Below, piece after piece: positions 1-13,260 of a DNA stretch of 64,000 nucleotides (position 1 is its first letter; every line of letters begins with the position of its first letter). Origin of the DNA: Octopus vulgaris. Lineage: Eukaryota. Below the pieces are notes generated by a model that saw only the letters and a list, made by a program, of their open reading frames with translations, made no database searches and was not told where the DNA came from. A program made the position numbers and the translations under genes. Location of the stretch: contig OX597827.1 in the NCBI GenBank assembly GCA_951406725.2, positions 29,822,001 to 29,886,000 of the forward strand. The letters run 5' to 3'.

Positions 1-304
1 TGTGTACATATAATACAGATACATACATACATACATATACATTTATACATACATACGATATATAATGAGTATACACATAACTACGTGCGCACGTGGCTGA
101 GCGACGATGACGTTGTAAAGAAAGTCGAGGATGATCAACTGTTCGGAGCAGTTCGCTGATGAAGCGATGTGAAGAAGTCTGGCACCAGCTGAAGTGTCTC
201 ACATACTTCAAGTGTGCAAGTCAAGTATATTGTTCGCATACAACGGTACTTCTACTGCAGAGTCTAGTACCTACTTCCTGTAGGTCATTGTGCCTATACC
301 TACC

Positions 305-471
305 CGTATATATGCATGTATGTGTGTATGTGTGTATGTGTGTGTAAGTCTTTATGTATGTATATGTGTATGTATGTGTGTATGTATGTATGTATGTATG
401 TATGTATGTATGTATGTATGTATGTATGTATGTATGTATGTATGTATGTATGTATTTATGTATGTATGTAT
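305..471. repeat. (TATG)n microsatellite
   Basis: Direct reading. Abuts the 3' end of the R4-like element. Confidence 0.95.
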
Positions 472-749
472 GTCATTGTTGAGTTTTATTTCAAGATTTC
501 TTGCCAATAAAGAGCCAGTTTCTAACCTGGATCCAAGGTTCCTTTATTGGAATTTGAACAAAATCAACAGGTATTTTTGAATGTATGTATGTATGTATGT
601 ATGAATGGAGGGATGGATGGATGGATGGATGGATGGATATGTGCAGATTTGTCTGTTTTGCTTTATGTATGAATTCTTGTGCATATAGTTGCATATCTAG
701 ACATGCTAATATATATTTACATAATATACTTCTGGAAAGTTTTGCATAA

Positions 750-820
750 ATGGCGGTGCCCCAGCATGGCCACAGCTCATAAGCTGAAACTGGAAAAATC
801 AAAATCAAAATCAAAATCAA
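750..820 (+). mobile_element. Extreme 3' tail of a CR1/L2-group LINE inserted into the R4 element
   Basis: ggcggtgccccagcatggccacagctcataagctgaaac followed by (AAATCA)n, matching the LINE 3' end at about 17544-17607. Confidence 0.75.
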
Positions 821-858
821 ATATCTTTATAGTTCCGGTGATGGATTGGATCTGTAGT

Positions 859-1124
859 GTCTGGGGAGAGTCATTTTCTTTTTGTGCCTTTGTGGTAAAA
901 TTTCCACTTATTTTTATTTTCGTTGCGTCTTGCAACCTTTTCAATAGTCTTGAAAAAGACTATTGAAAAGGTTGCAAGGTGCCACGAAAATTTTAGGAAA
1001 ATAAAAATAAGGAATAAGTGGAAATTTTACCGGTGAGTGTGTTAAATTATAAGGCACAAAAAGAAAATGACTCTCCCTAGACACAACAGAATATGCTTCA
1101 ACACATGAACTCACAAAACGAAAT
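859..1124. mobile_element. Fold-back (inverted-repeat) insertion with a 14-bp target-site duplication
   Basis: Palindrome centred near 953 (gcaaccttttcaatagtctt / aagactattgaaaaggttgc) with gapped outer arms. attggatctgtagt is repeated at 845-858 and 1125-1138, and the R4 ORF resumes across it. Confidence 0.7.
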
Positions 1125-1825
1125 ATTGGATCTGTAGTTTTTTGAATTAGCTTTCTCCTTTCTGGTTTTAGGCAGTGTGTTACATATCTCAGGACCCCAA
1201 TAATTACAGGTATAAACCTGATCTTGTAATCTTGATAGAGTAACTGTAGATTTCTCAGCGGTTAGATGTAGGTATTCTCTTTTTCTCTGATCTTCAGCTT
1301 TATATTAACTTCCGCTGGGCAGCGGATTTCTACAATTGTACACAGTTTCTCTTCTCTATCCCAGATCATCATAACAGGTATGTTGCGCTTACATTTTATT
1401 GAGGTTTTCACTAGGACATTCTACCAGTACCCCGTTTTACTATGAGAGGCTATGGCTTCTACCATGTTATGGGTTCTTATTCCATTGTCCTCGGAGTTAT
1501 CCTTCCGACGGATTTCATTGCATAGTTTCTTAGCAACCACGTCATGTCTCATCGGACAACTGCTTACGATGTGGGTGATAACTTTGGTGCCAACATTTTA
1601 CTGCTTTTCCTGTATCTCTGTCACTCTTGTGCATCAGGTATTTGATCAATATTTCCTATTCCTGAATTGCAAACACATACCCTTCAAAGTGGAAGGTAGT
1701 AATCCGGTATGTATGTATGAATGTAGGTATGTATATAATCCATAAAATCCTTGAAAAGAAAGAAAAATATCAAAAAATAAAAGAATTATCAAAAATTGCA
1801 ATCCCTCAGTGCATTTTGGACCACC

Positions 1826-2330
<505 letters not shown>

Positions 2331-4831
2331 TACAAGTTCGTCTTTGTGACTTATATATCTGAACCAGTTTCTTTCTTACGTTCATTTTCTTCCTTACGTC
2401 CATTTTTTTTCTTTCTTACTGCTGTTTTCAAACCTCCCCCAATCATACTTTACCCGCCACATCCATCCAATACAATATTTGGAAATACCTTTTAGTACTC
2501 ATGCAGCTACAGAAACAGACACGATTACAATGAAACTGGCACTTACTAAACAGAAGACCCTCAACACAGTCACTCGTTTTACGAGAAACAGCATCTTAAT
2601 ATGCTTCAAATTACACCATACTGTTTAGCATTTGTTTATTTCATGTTTTATATTTGATTGTTTATTGTTTTTTTTTTTCTTTTTGTCGAGGAAAAGATAC
2701 ATTAGATGAAGAAGTCTAGTCCTACATAAACTTTGAAAAGAGGAGAATATGATGTCTGGAATGCTTTTGATTCTCAGGGATCTCGATCAAGGATGGCTTG
2801 AGGGTTAAACGACATTCAACACAAGGTCAAATTCCTGTAACTCCACACGATTCAGCTTCTAGCAGTATAATTTTGATTTTGTTTTTGTTTTTGTACTCCA
2901 TACATGTTTTCTCTTTAACAAGAATTATTTCACGAAACCTGACCTTTTTTGTGTATTACACATTCAGATAACAATAAGTAAAACAACATAGTTCTCAGTT
3001 CTTTTGTTTTTTGTTTCTTGTTTTTTTTTTCTTTATTATCGTTATTTTGTTGCTGAATTTTTTTTTTAGTGAACACGTGACGTTCATCAGTTCCCTTATA
3101 TCCAATATTCCTAGTTTCTTTCTACAACAATGCTTATTATTGTATGCTTGTAATGTCAAAGATTGCCTGGCAACGATTTTAGCAATGTCGACAAAATAAC
3201 ATTCTGGAGTCCATTTTTCTGAAATCTTTTTAGCAGCTTTTCAGAATTAGCCTTCTATTTTTTTTTTTTTTTTTGTGCGGTGGAGGGTTTTCGTTTAATA
3301 ACTCCATAAAGAAAAGCCTTAACTTCTCATGTTACTAAAAAAATGATTAATGTGACACTCATGAGGATGCAGACACTGTTGTGTGGTTAACAAATTTGCT
3401 TTTCAGCGCTGTGGTTCAAGGTGCGATTCTACTGAGCGGCACTTTGGGCAATAAAAAAGAATAACGGACAAAATTCCTTCTCGTGTTATAGAGATAAATT
3501 AAACAGGTTTTTCGGGTTCGGTGGCGCATATACACCCACCCCGCCGGGCAGGACAGATGTAAATCGCATGTTTACTCGTTTTTGCTGGGTGAGTGAACTG
3601 GAAGCAACGTGAAATGAAGTGTTTGGCTCAAGAACACAACGGGCCACCAGATCCAGGAATCGAAACCACAATCTTACGAACAGGATTCCAACATCCCTAA
3701 CCACTAGTCCACTGATAAACGAATACACACACATATACTGAGGAGAAACGTAGAACTAGAGATGCATATATAGAAGCAGATGCATTTACACATTTATATA
3801 ATTTATATAGATCGATAAAAATATTTTTAAGGTTGTTCTGACCGCGTAAGTTACAGTTTTAGAGTTACGCTAAAAGTCGTTTGACTTCCTTTACGAAATT
3901 AATGCCCACGAGAAGAGCATGAACCACACAACATGCCATCTTCCCAAATCTGAATGTGGGGACCTTGTGAAAAATAATTCAAGGAATAAAAGTGCAATAA
4001 AGATTGTGTTGGTTAATTTCAGTCCATGCTACTCATAGCAAATCTATAATAAAAAAACATCAACATCATCATTGCCCCCTTCTTTTAGGCATTGCCTATC
4101 TTAGACAACACTGTTCTATGTGTCCTTTTTTAAAGCAAAAAGCTGTAATTTTAGGGACATTTGATAGCTATTTTCAGAAAGTTGGCCTTCATTAACATAG
4201 TCGTGAATCTAACATTTTTTATGAATGGAGATCGGATCCTCTTCAGCCTGAATTCACTCGAAACTGAAATAGATATTGCCTTAACTCTCTTAGATCTCGG
4301 CCTCTTGAGTCTAACTTTACCCTCCACCTGAGTTCCTGAGCAAAAATAAAATAAAATAAACAGTTGTATACACAGCTTAAGAGTAACGATTGCATGTAAA
4401 CTAGTGCAGCGAATCCACTGCATCTTCTTTTCCTACGTGTGTTGTTTATCACCGCCTTACGGGAAATCCGGCAGAGATTACGTTTAACCAGTTCTCACTA
4501 TAGCAGGAATACGGCATGACAGAATTAAGTTCTTCTATGATTGATGACATAACTACCAGTAATATATTGGGGTCAATTCTGCTGATTATATCCGTTTCCA
4601 GTTTCAAACAGGACAGTGGTTTTAATCGATGTAATTGACAAGGCCCATGATGGCCGAAATGCATTTGGTGTTCTCGCTAGGAGGGACAATTTTTTTGCCT
4701 TCCTCTGATATATATTGTTTTTAAACAATAAGAGATATTATCTCGGACGTAAATTATAGTAACTTGCCTGTCAACGGTGTATATGTTAAGTATGATATAT
4801 AGACAGCTTTTATTATTAATTTTTATCTTTT

Positions 4832-5250
4832 ATTTGTTTCAGTCATTAGGCTGTGGCCATGCTGGAGTACTGTCTTCAAGAATTTTAGTCGAAAAAATCG
4901 ACACCAGTTCTCATTTCTTATTTCTGGTAACTTATTCTATCGGTATTTTTCGTGGAACCGTTTAGTTACACACACTAACACCGATTGTCAAGCGGAGAGA
5001 AACAAGCAGAGATACAAAGGCGCGTACAACACACTCACACACACACACGCACGCACACACACACACACACACGCACACACACATATATGCACGACGGGCT
5101 TCTTTCGGTTTCCATCTAACAAATCCACTTACATAGCTTTGATTGGCCCGGGACTGTAGTAGAAGACACTTACCCAAAGTGCTACGATGTGGAACTGAAC
5201 CTAGAACCATATGGTTGGTAAGCAAACTTCTTACCAAACAGCCATGCCTG
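4832..5250 (-). mobile_element. SINE family A (tRNA-derived head, central microsatellite, LINE-like tail)
   Basis: Reverse complement of the family A copy at 5446-5850. Confidence 0.8.
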
Positions 5251-5445
5251 CGTATTGATTACTTACATTTATACAAGATCACAAATCTGCGGAGGAAAGG
5301 TATAATTAATGTAATCCGCCCCAGCTCTTGACTGGTTGCTTATTTTATCATTCCTAGGATACCCATAAAATTTTAGCCGTCACCTTCAAACGATGATTAT
5401 TTGATAGCATCTACCATATTTTTCACTAATTCCTACGTAAGCCTA

Positions 5446-5613
5446 GGAGTGGCTGTGTCGTAAGTAGCTTGCATACCAACCACATGGTTCCGGGTTCAGT
5501 CGCACTGCATGGCACCTTGGGCAAGTGTCTTCTACTATAGCTCCTTGTGAGTGGATTTGGTAGACGGAAACTGAAAGAAGCCCGTCGTATATATGTGTGT
5601 ATATATATATATA

Positions 5614-5644
<31 letters not shown>

Positions 5645-5850
5645 GTTTGTGTGTCTGTGTTTGTCCCCACCCCCAACATCGCTTGACAACCGATGCTGGT
5701 GTGTTTATGTCCCCGTAATATAGCGGTTCGGCGAAAGAGACCGATAGAATAAGTACTAGGCTTGCAAAAAATAAGTCCTGGGATCGATTTGCTCGACTAA
5801 AGGCGGTGCTCCAGCATGGCCACAGCCAAATGACTGAAAAGAGTAAAAGA
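5446..5850 (+). mobile_element. SINE family A
   Basis: ggagtggctgtg..taag (A-box-like), ggttcagtc (B-box-like), then ggcggtgctccagcatggcc...gactgaaa tail. Many near-identical copies in the window. Confidence 0.85.
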
Positions 5851-6039
5851 GTAATTGTTTTAGGTGCCCATGTACTTGCAAGCAGACATAGACCATCTCC
5901 TACCCCTCCCATCCTGTGATCATGAAACATGCGACAGATGAAGGAGATGTCTGTACCAGCACTCTCTTGGTACACGTTGGTAGACATTTTCAGCTGAAGA
6001 GACTGAAACAACGTGAAATGAAGTGCCTTGCTGAAGGTG

Positions 6040-6250
6040 GGTTCAAATTTTGGTACAAAGCCAATAATTTCGGAGTAATGGGTAAGTCAATTACATCGAT
6101 CCCAGTATTTGACTGGTACTTATTTTATCGAGCCCGAAAGGGACGAAAGACAAAGTCGACTTCGTCGGAATCTGAACTCAGAACGTGAAGACGAACGAAA
6201 TGCTGCCAAGCATTTCGCCCGGCGTGCTAACGTTTCTGCCAGCTCGCTGC
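6040..6250 (-). mobile_element. SINE family B (gcgagctggcagaaacgttagcacgccgggcg head, CORE-like body)
   Basis: Repeated family in the window with B-box gagttcaaattcc and body gtcgactttgcctttcatcctttcggggtcg. Confidence 0.75.
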
Positions 6251-6929
6251 TTTATACACTTATTATATATTAACATTACTAAGTAACGAAGAAGTCATTG
6301 TACAGTTACTCATCCCTGCTAAAAATAACAGCCAAATCTTCATTGAGTTATATCTCACCCCTTTAAATACTGTAGCTTCTAATGAATAAAAATAGTGGTG
6401 ACAAATGATAAAACTACACTGATCACAGATCGATTTTATCGGTACAGATCTAGGTTAAATAATTTTTTTTTTATAACAGCACAAAGTCCGAAATTTTGGG
6501 AAGGCTACGATCGATAAAATTGATTCCCAATAGTTGATTGGTATATTATTTTATCGAACCTACAATGATGAAAGACAAAACTGGCGTCAGTGGAATCTTA
6601 ATTCAGAACGCAAAGATCAGTAATTGAATACCGCAGAGTATTTAGTTCGATGTCCACTCTGACAATACTATCGCTCTGCCACCATGTCCTGGGTTCAGAA
6701 ACAATTACTACTAATAGAGAGACGAGGCCTGCAATTTTCAGTGAAGGGGCAAGCTTATAATACCGAACCTGGTACCGGACAAGTACTTTATTGAATCTGT
6801 AAGAATGAAAGATAATGATGGTCTTAGTGAGATTTGAACCCTTAACGGAAACAGCCGGAAGAAATACCGCAAGACATTTCTTCTGACACTCTAACGATTC
6901 TGATCTCCAGCGTAAATAGTAATAGAATT

Positions 6930-7315
6930 CTTTTCTACTCTAAGCACAAGGCCCGAATATTTTAAGGAGGGAGGGGAGTCGATTACATCGACCCCAGTAC
7001 GCAACTGGTACTTAATTTATTGACCCCGAAAGGATGAAAAGCAACGTCGACCTCGGCGGAATTTGAACTCAGAACGTAAAGACAAACGAAATACCTATTT
7101 CTTTACAACCCACAAGAGAGGACAAACAAGGACAGACAAACGCATTAAGTCGATTATATCGACCCTAGTGCGTAACTGGTACTTATTTAATCTACCTCGA
7201 AAAGATGAAAGGTAAAGTCAACCTCGGCGGAATTTGAACTCAGAACGTAACGGCAGCCGAAATACCGCTAAGCATTTCGCCCGGCGTGCTAATGTTTCTG
7301 CCAGCTCACCGCCCT
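6930..7315 (-). mobile_element. SINE family B, dimeric copy
   Basis: Two tandem B-box/body units. Confidence 0.8.
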
Positions 7316-8423
7316 AAATAGTAAAATAATTACTACCAATTTAGGCAAAAGGTCTGGAATTTGTGGGATGAGGATATGGGGTTGCTCAATACCATTGAGC
7401 CTGAATGATAATTTATTTCATCGACCCCTGAAGGATGAAAGGCAAAGTTAACGCCAATGAGATTTGAACTTATGGACTCGAGTCTACTTCCCAAACCATC
7501 ACGTTATTATATGAATATTTGTAGAAGTGATACGCACGGCAAAATGCCAAACGAAACTTGCTATATTACATTGTAGAATTCCGTCTCTAATTCCTGAATT
7601 CATTTACGAAAGAGGAAGATTTCTATGTTTCACTACTGTAGGGTCAATAAAACATGAACCAATCCTGTAAAAATGAGATATAAATCAACTGACTTCTCCC
7701 TTATCATCCTCTTTCAAAACCGTAGCCATATGCTAATGGAAGGCGTCATTTGTATATTATTCAAGAAACACGTAAATATTGACCTCACCTAGGTATATTT
7801 TAGAAGTTTTTTTAAGAAAACAATAATCACTGTGTTCTTCTAACTCAGATTTATAAAAAGACAAACAAAAATTAGATGAAGGGAAGAAATGTGTACTATA
7901 TTGTATAATTCGAATTTATTCTTTCAAAACCGCAAATACTGAACACGTTTTTTTCCCAAGGACAATTTTACAAATATCAGGTAAACGTTTGTTTATTTTC
8001 CCTTGACCTTGTGAAATCTGTAATTATTCCCTTACTTCAAAACTCACCCTCGGAATAATTAAGATGACTGCTTGAGTCATTTGGTGAGACAATGGGGACT
8101 GTTCTGCTCTCGACCTCCATACGAAACAACATACTGTCACGCTTACATGCACACACACACACACACACACGCAGTATTTAACCGATAAAATCGATCCCAG
8201 TATTTGTATTAATTTTTAAGTCTGACACAGTTTTTGCCAAGACCGCCAAGTAAGGGGACACACGAGAACCGGTTGTCACGCGGCTTGGGGACAAACACGA
8301 AGACATGTACACATTTTAAATACGCACATACATATACACGTAAACGCATATAGAGATGTGTTATGTATATATATATTCACATATATGCATGTATTTATGT
8401 GTACATATGTATATACATGTATA

Positions 8424-8491
<68 letters not shown>

Positions 8492-8497
<6 letters not shown>

Positions 8498-9352
8498 GCG
8501 ATGAATATATTGTCGTCTAACTCACGCTGACGTCATCTCATTTCAATACATATATTTAACTCTGACACCTCATTTTAACAGATAATTTTACTAGAATTAC
8601 ATTAAAATATCTTGAAATACTAACGAGTAAATTTATTCAATAAAATCACCATTGGCTTCAACCATGGCCTCCAGACAACTTCGGAATCTCCTGCAACTTT
8701 TCTGGACGGTCTGCTAGTTTAAGTTCGTGAATGCTGCCATAATCCTTGTTACAAAGAGTTTTGCTGGTATCTCGCTCAACTGCGCCCCATACATAACAAT
8801 AGTGGGGGTGGCAGTCTGGAGAGTTAGGTGTGATGTGGTCTCAAAAATTGTCTGGTAGCCATGACTGGGTTTTCCTGCTTGTGTGGCATGGTGCAGAGTC
8901 CTGTTGCCAGATATAGGGGTCTTCCAGCAGCCACCTCCTTGGCCCAGAACAGCACTACCTCCTCTAGGGACTTGATATAGGCCTCCGTATTGAGTGTGAG
9001 GCCAAGTGGGAAGATGAATGGAGGCATAACGTCACCATCACTAGTGATCACTCCAAAACAGTGTTTGGATGTCTGGATGTTTGATCTTTATCATTCTCGG
9101 TACATGTCCTCTGACTGCACTGCCGTCAGATTGACGTTCAAACACTATGTTTGTATTGGATCTTCCGGCGCGAATGCCAAGCAGTACAGCATGTCGTTTC
9201 CAAATTTCTAGCAGAGCGAATCAAATCATGAAGCTCTTTTTCTCACAGACGGTGCCCAACTAATCCTACTAGACGACAAAATTGAAAACAAACAATGTTC
9301 ATGCTCGAAATTAAAAAATATGTAATGGTGACAATTTACCCATCGCACTCTG
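8492..9352 (-). mobile_element. Internally deleted IS630-Tc1-mariner element (maT/DD37D-like) with TIRs
   Basis: TIRs tagggtgcgatgaatatattgtc / gacaatttacccatcgcactctg in a TA context. Transposase remnants VITSDGDVMPPFIFP...WQQDSAPCH...SPDC...LEAMVEANGDFIE*. Confidence 0.8.
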
Positions 9353-9357
9353 TATAT

Positions 9358-9411
<54 letters not shown>

Positions 9412-9567
9412 GTGTGTGTGTGTGTATGTATATCTAGACACATATTTACATATATCTATATATGTTAAAATATATTCATATATATATATATACATATCCC
9501 TATATATATACACATATATATATACATATCCCTATATATATACACACACACATATATATATATATAC

Positions 9568-9611
<44 letters not shown>

Positions 9612-9900
9612 GTATACACACATACATATATATATATACTTATATATATATACACACATACATATATATACATATATATATACATACATGCATATATATA
9701 TACACATATAAATATATACACATATACATACATACATATATATACACATATATATATACACACATACATACATATATATACATATATATATACACATACA
9801 TACATACATACATATATATACATATATATATACACACATACTTACATACATATACATACATACATACATGCATACATACATACATACATACATATAAATA
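9353..9900. repeat. (TG)n + degenerate (TA/CATA)n microsatellite
   Basis: Direct reading. Confidence 0.95.
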
Positions 9901-9903
9901 GGC

Positions 9904-10290
9904 AGGAGTGGCTGTGTGGTAAGTAGCTTGCTTACCAACTACATTGTTCTGGGTTCAGTCCTACTGCGTGGTGCCTTGGGCAAGTATCTTCTACTATAGC
10001 CTGAGACCCATCAAACCCTTGTGAGTGGATTTGGTAGACGGAAATTGAAAGAAGCCCATCATATATATTATATAAATATATGTATATGTTTGTGTGCCTG
10101 TTTGTCCCACCCACCATCGCTTGACAACCGATCCTGGTGTGTTTACGTCCCGTAACTTAGCGGTGCGGCAAAAGAAGCGATAGAATAAGTACTAGGCTTA
10201 TAAAGAATAAGTCCTGGGGTCGATTTGCTCGACTAAAGACGGTGCTCCATGTTGGCCGCAGTCCAAATGACTGAAACAAATAAAAGAATA
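9904..10290 (+). mobile_element. SINE family A
   Basis: Collinear with 5446-5850. Confidence 0.85.
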
Positions 10291-10309
10291 TATATATATA
10301 TATATTAGT

Positions 10310-10578
10310 AACTCAGAACGTAACGGCAGACGAAATACCTATTTCTATTTCTTTACTACCCAAAAGAGGCTAAACACAGAGGGGACAAACAAGAACAGAC
10401 TTAGGTATTAAGTCGATTACATCGACCCCAGTGCGTAACTGGTACTTAATTTATCGACCCCGAAACGTTGAAAGGCAACGTCGACCTCGGCGGAATTTGA
10501 ACTCAGAACGTAGCGGCAGACGAAATACCGCTAAGCATTTTGCCCGGCGTGCTAACGTTTCTGTCAGCTCACCGCCTT
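10310..10578 (-). mobile_element. SINE family B
   Basis: Collinear with other family B copies. Confidence 0.8.
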
Positions 10579-11316
10579 TGTCGCCTTAATAGTAATAAAG
10601 GCGAATTCCGTGCATTGAAACAAATAAACGCCAAAGATAATATATGTCACTAATAGAGTCTAATCCATCTGCTAGAAATAGCAGTCAAATCTCCTTCAGA
10701 AAGAAATAACACATAAAGAAATAACACATAAAAACAAAATCGGATGTAACTTTCACTGAGGACAAACAACATTAACAGATATAAATGCATGCGTGTATGT
10801 GCGAATATATATGTGTGTGTGTGTATGTATATATATATATATATACTTTTCCTTACTTTTCCTCACATGATCATATTTCTTTTCTTTCCTGACTGTCCTA
10901 AGGACTGGATGTATCCTATCTCTCTCTTTTATCTTTTATCTTTTCAAAGAAAATATTTCTCCATCGTTCGCTATTCTACCCTCGTTCCGGTCTAACGATC
11001 CTCCATGTTTGTTTTCGTTCTATTTCCTTGTATTCTCCACTGTCCTGCTTATGTTCCCCATCCATAAATCCAAAGTTTTCATTTTGGTACTTAACGAAGC
11101 CACTGTCTTCAAGCACTCATATTGTCGTCCAATGCTCGAAATGAGGAGTAGATAGACAGCCGACATCTGATGAAGGGTCGTTCTTTGTGTTACTTGTCCT
11201 GTTTTCCATTTGTTTCTCTCGTTGTTTGCATATTGAACTCGTTTGTTTTCGTATTTCATGTTGTTTACTGTTGGTGACGTCCTGTACCCATATATGCTTA
11301 TGTATATGTGTGTATG

Positions 11317-11379
<63 letters not shown>

Positions 11380-12252
11380 GGAGCCTACACAGCTGTATTT
11401 AAGGCAGAGATTCAATCATCTCGCTACAGTCAAAAATTGTGAATCATGACTGTCACCACTACTACATGAACCTGAAGATTGCAGAATTTAATGCATGAAA
11501 GTACTAGTTCAATCAGAATAAACATTTAACATTCTATTATTTTATTTTATTTTATTATATTATATTATCTTATATCATTATAAGATTGTAAATAAAACGT
11601 GAAAATCAGACAAGGTTGGAATTCCTTTTATTAATATATATATATATATGCACACACGCATACATACAGAGTGCGAAGGAGTGTTTGTGGGGGGGAGAGG
11701 GTGATGGCGCCAGCCGTCGTATTATAAGTATGCTCATATGCTCAGGGCAGAGCATACACGTTGATCTTCCACATTCAGAAAAGCATAACTGTATCCTCAC
11801 AAATATACATACAGCCATTCATTTATATACACATGCATAAAATTACTCATACAAATACATATACATAACATTATACGTTGTACCTAATACCAGAGTCCCC
11901 TATGTTACTACTTCAAAGAGATATCTTTAGAAATAACTTGAAATACAGGACAGAAGTGAGAGGAGCTTGTATAAAAGAAATGTCACGGCTAGCTAAAAAT
12001 ACACTCCATCTTCTACATACTTAAGCAATAAAAAATATAAATATTTATATATATTCATTAATATTAATACTTAAACATTAATGAATATTAATAAGTTCAA
12101 CCCTGTGTGGTAAGGAGTTCACTTCCCAAAAGCATGGTTCCGAGTTCAGCCCACGGCGTGACACCTTGGGCAAATGTCTTCTACTATATAGCCTCGTGCC
12201 GACCAAAGACTTATAAGTGGATATGGTTGACAGAAACTGAAAGAAGCCCGTC

Positions 12253-12327
<75 letters not shown>

Positions 12328-13260
12328 CGTGTGTGAGGACGCATGGCTGCTGCACTCACGATCACGGAATAGTGGTTTCAATTCCTAGGCTAGGTACTGC
12401 GTTGTGTTCATAAGCAAAACACTCCATCTGATGTTGCTCTGCGACCACTCGGACGCCTAATGCATGGTACAAAGTACACCTGTTCAGGCAACGTCGATCT
12501 GATTGAGCTAATGTAGGGTCCATACATTTGATCCCTATAAACAAATCATCTGCGCAGTTCGTTCAGTAATAGCTGAAAGCTCATACGTCGTCTTTGACGG
12601 GAGAGTCTATCATACATTTCTTGGCCCTCTCTTTAACTCCCACTATTTCCCACTCCTTTTTCTTTGTCTGTACCTTTTTCTTTGTCTGTGATTCTTTTTC
12701 TAATCCTTCAATCCTGCTGCCCCCTACCCATCTCTCCTCCTTCCACGTGACCGGTGTCCGTCCAGCCTTGATCATTCTTTCCTGGCCTGACTGCCGACCG
12801 TCAACATCTCTTGCGTCCGTTTCTTATGTTCCTGCCTTTAGGCTTTCACTTCATAAACTCCAGCTCAATTTGATTTCCTTCTCAGTCAAGAGACACCAGT
12901 TGTTATTTCTTGTAGTTTCTATTCGTAATTGTGTAACATGTTCTCCATTTTTTTTTTGTTTGTTTGCTTTTTTGTCTTTGTTGCCGTACACATTTGCTCA
13001 GATAAATATGTGTCCATATTGCAGAAAACACTCCTTAGCTTAGACTTTGGTGATCGAACGATCTCAAGTGTAACTGCCCGAAATGGTCGTAACTGCTGAT
13101 ACTTGACTGAAGAAAGAAGGCCACGAATGGACCCCGCCTTTTTTGCCCTGTCCTATTTGTTATTTCTCTTGTCCGCCTTTGTATCGTCTATCTATCCGAA
13201 CGTTTTAATGCCCTCTATTGCGTTTTGTTCCATTTATATATACATACATACATATATATA

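Larger units (their letters stand above)
472..1706 (-). mobile_element. 5'-truncated, degenerate R4/Dong-clade non-LTR retrotransposon (C-terminal zinc-knuckle remnant + restriction-like endonuclease + 3' UTR)
   Basis: Manual minus-strand translation (with stops and a frameshift): [12 protein letters not shown]...ITHIVSSCPMRHDVVAK...KCKRNIPVMMIWDREEKLCTIVEIRCPAEVN...EKENTY...RFIPVIIG...LQIQSITGTIKI/CKTFQKYIM*. These correspond to the HIxSxC, RHD and PD-(D/E)xK-type motifs of RLE non-LTR elements. The ORF is interrupted by insertions at 750-820 and 859-1124. Confidence 0.8.

Noticed and set aside
94-175. WLSDDDVVKKVEDDQLFGAVR peptide (faintly Polinton polB-like) overlapping a CTGATGA motif
   Set aside because: Too short and ends in stops. 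There is no GAAA or stem I to complete a hammerhead.
4151-4680. Minus-strand ORFs with acceptor-like sites
   Set aside because: No recognisable domain and no consistent exon frame.
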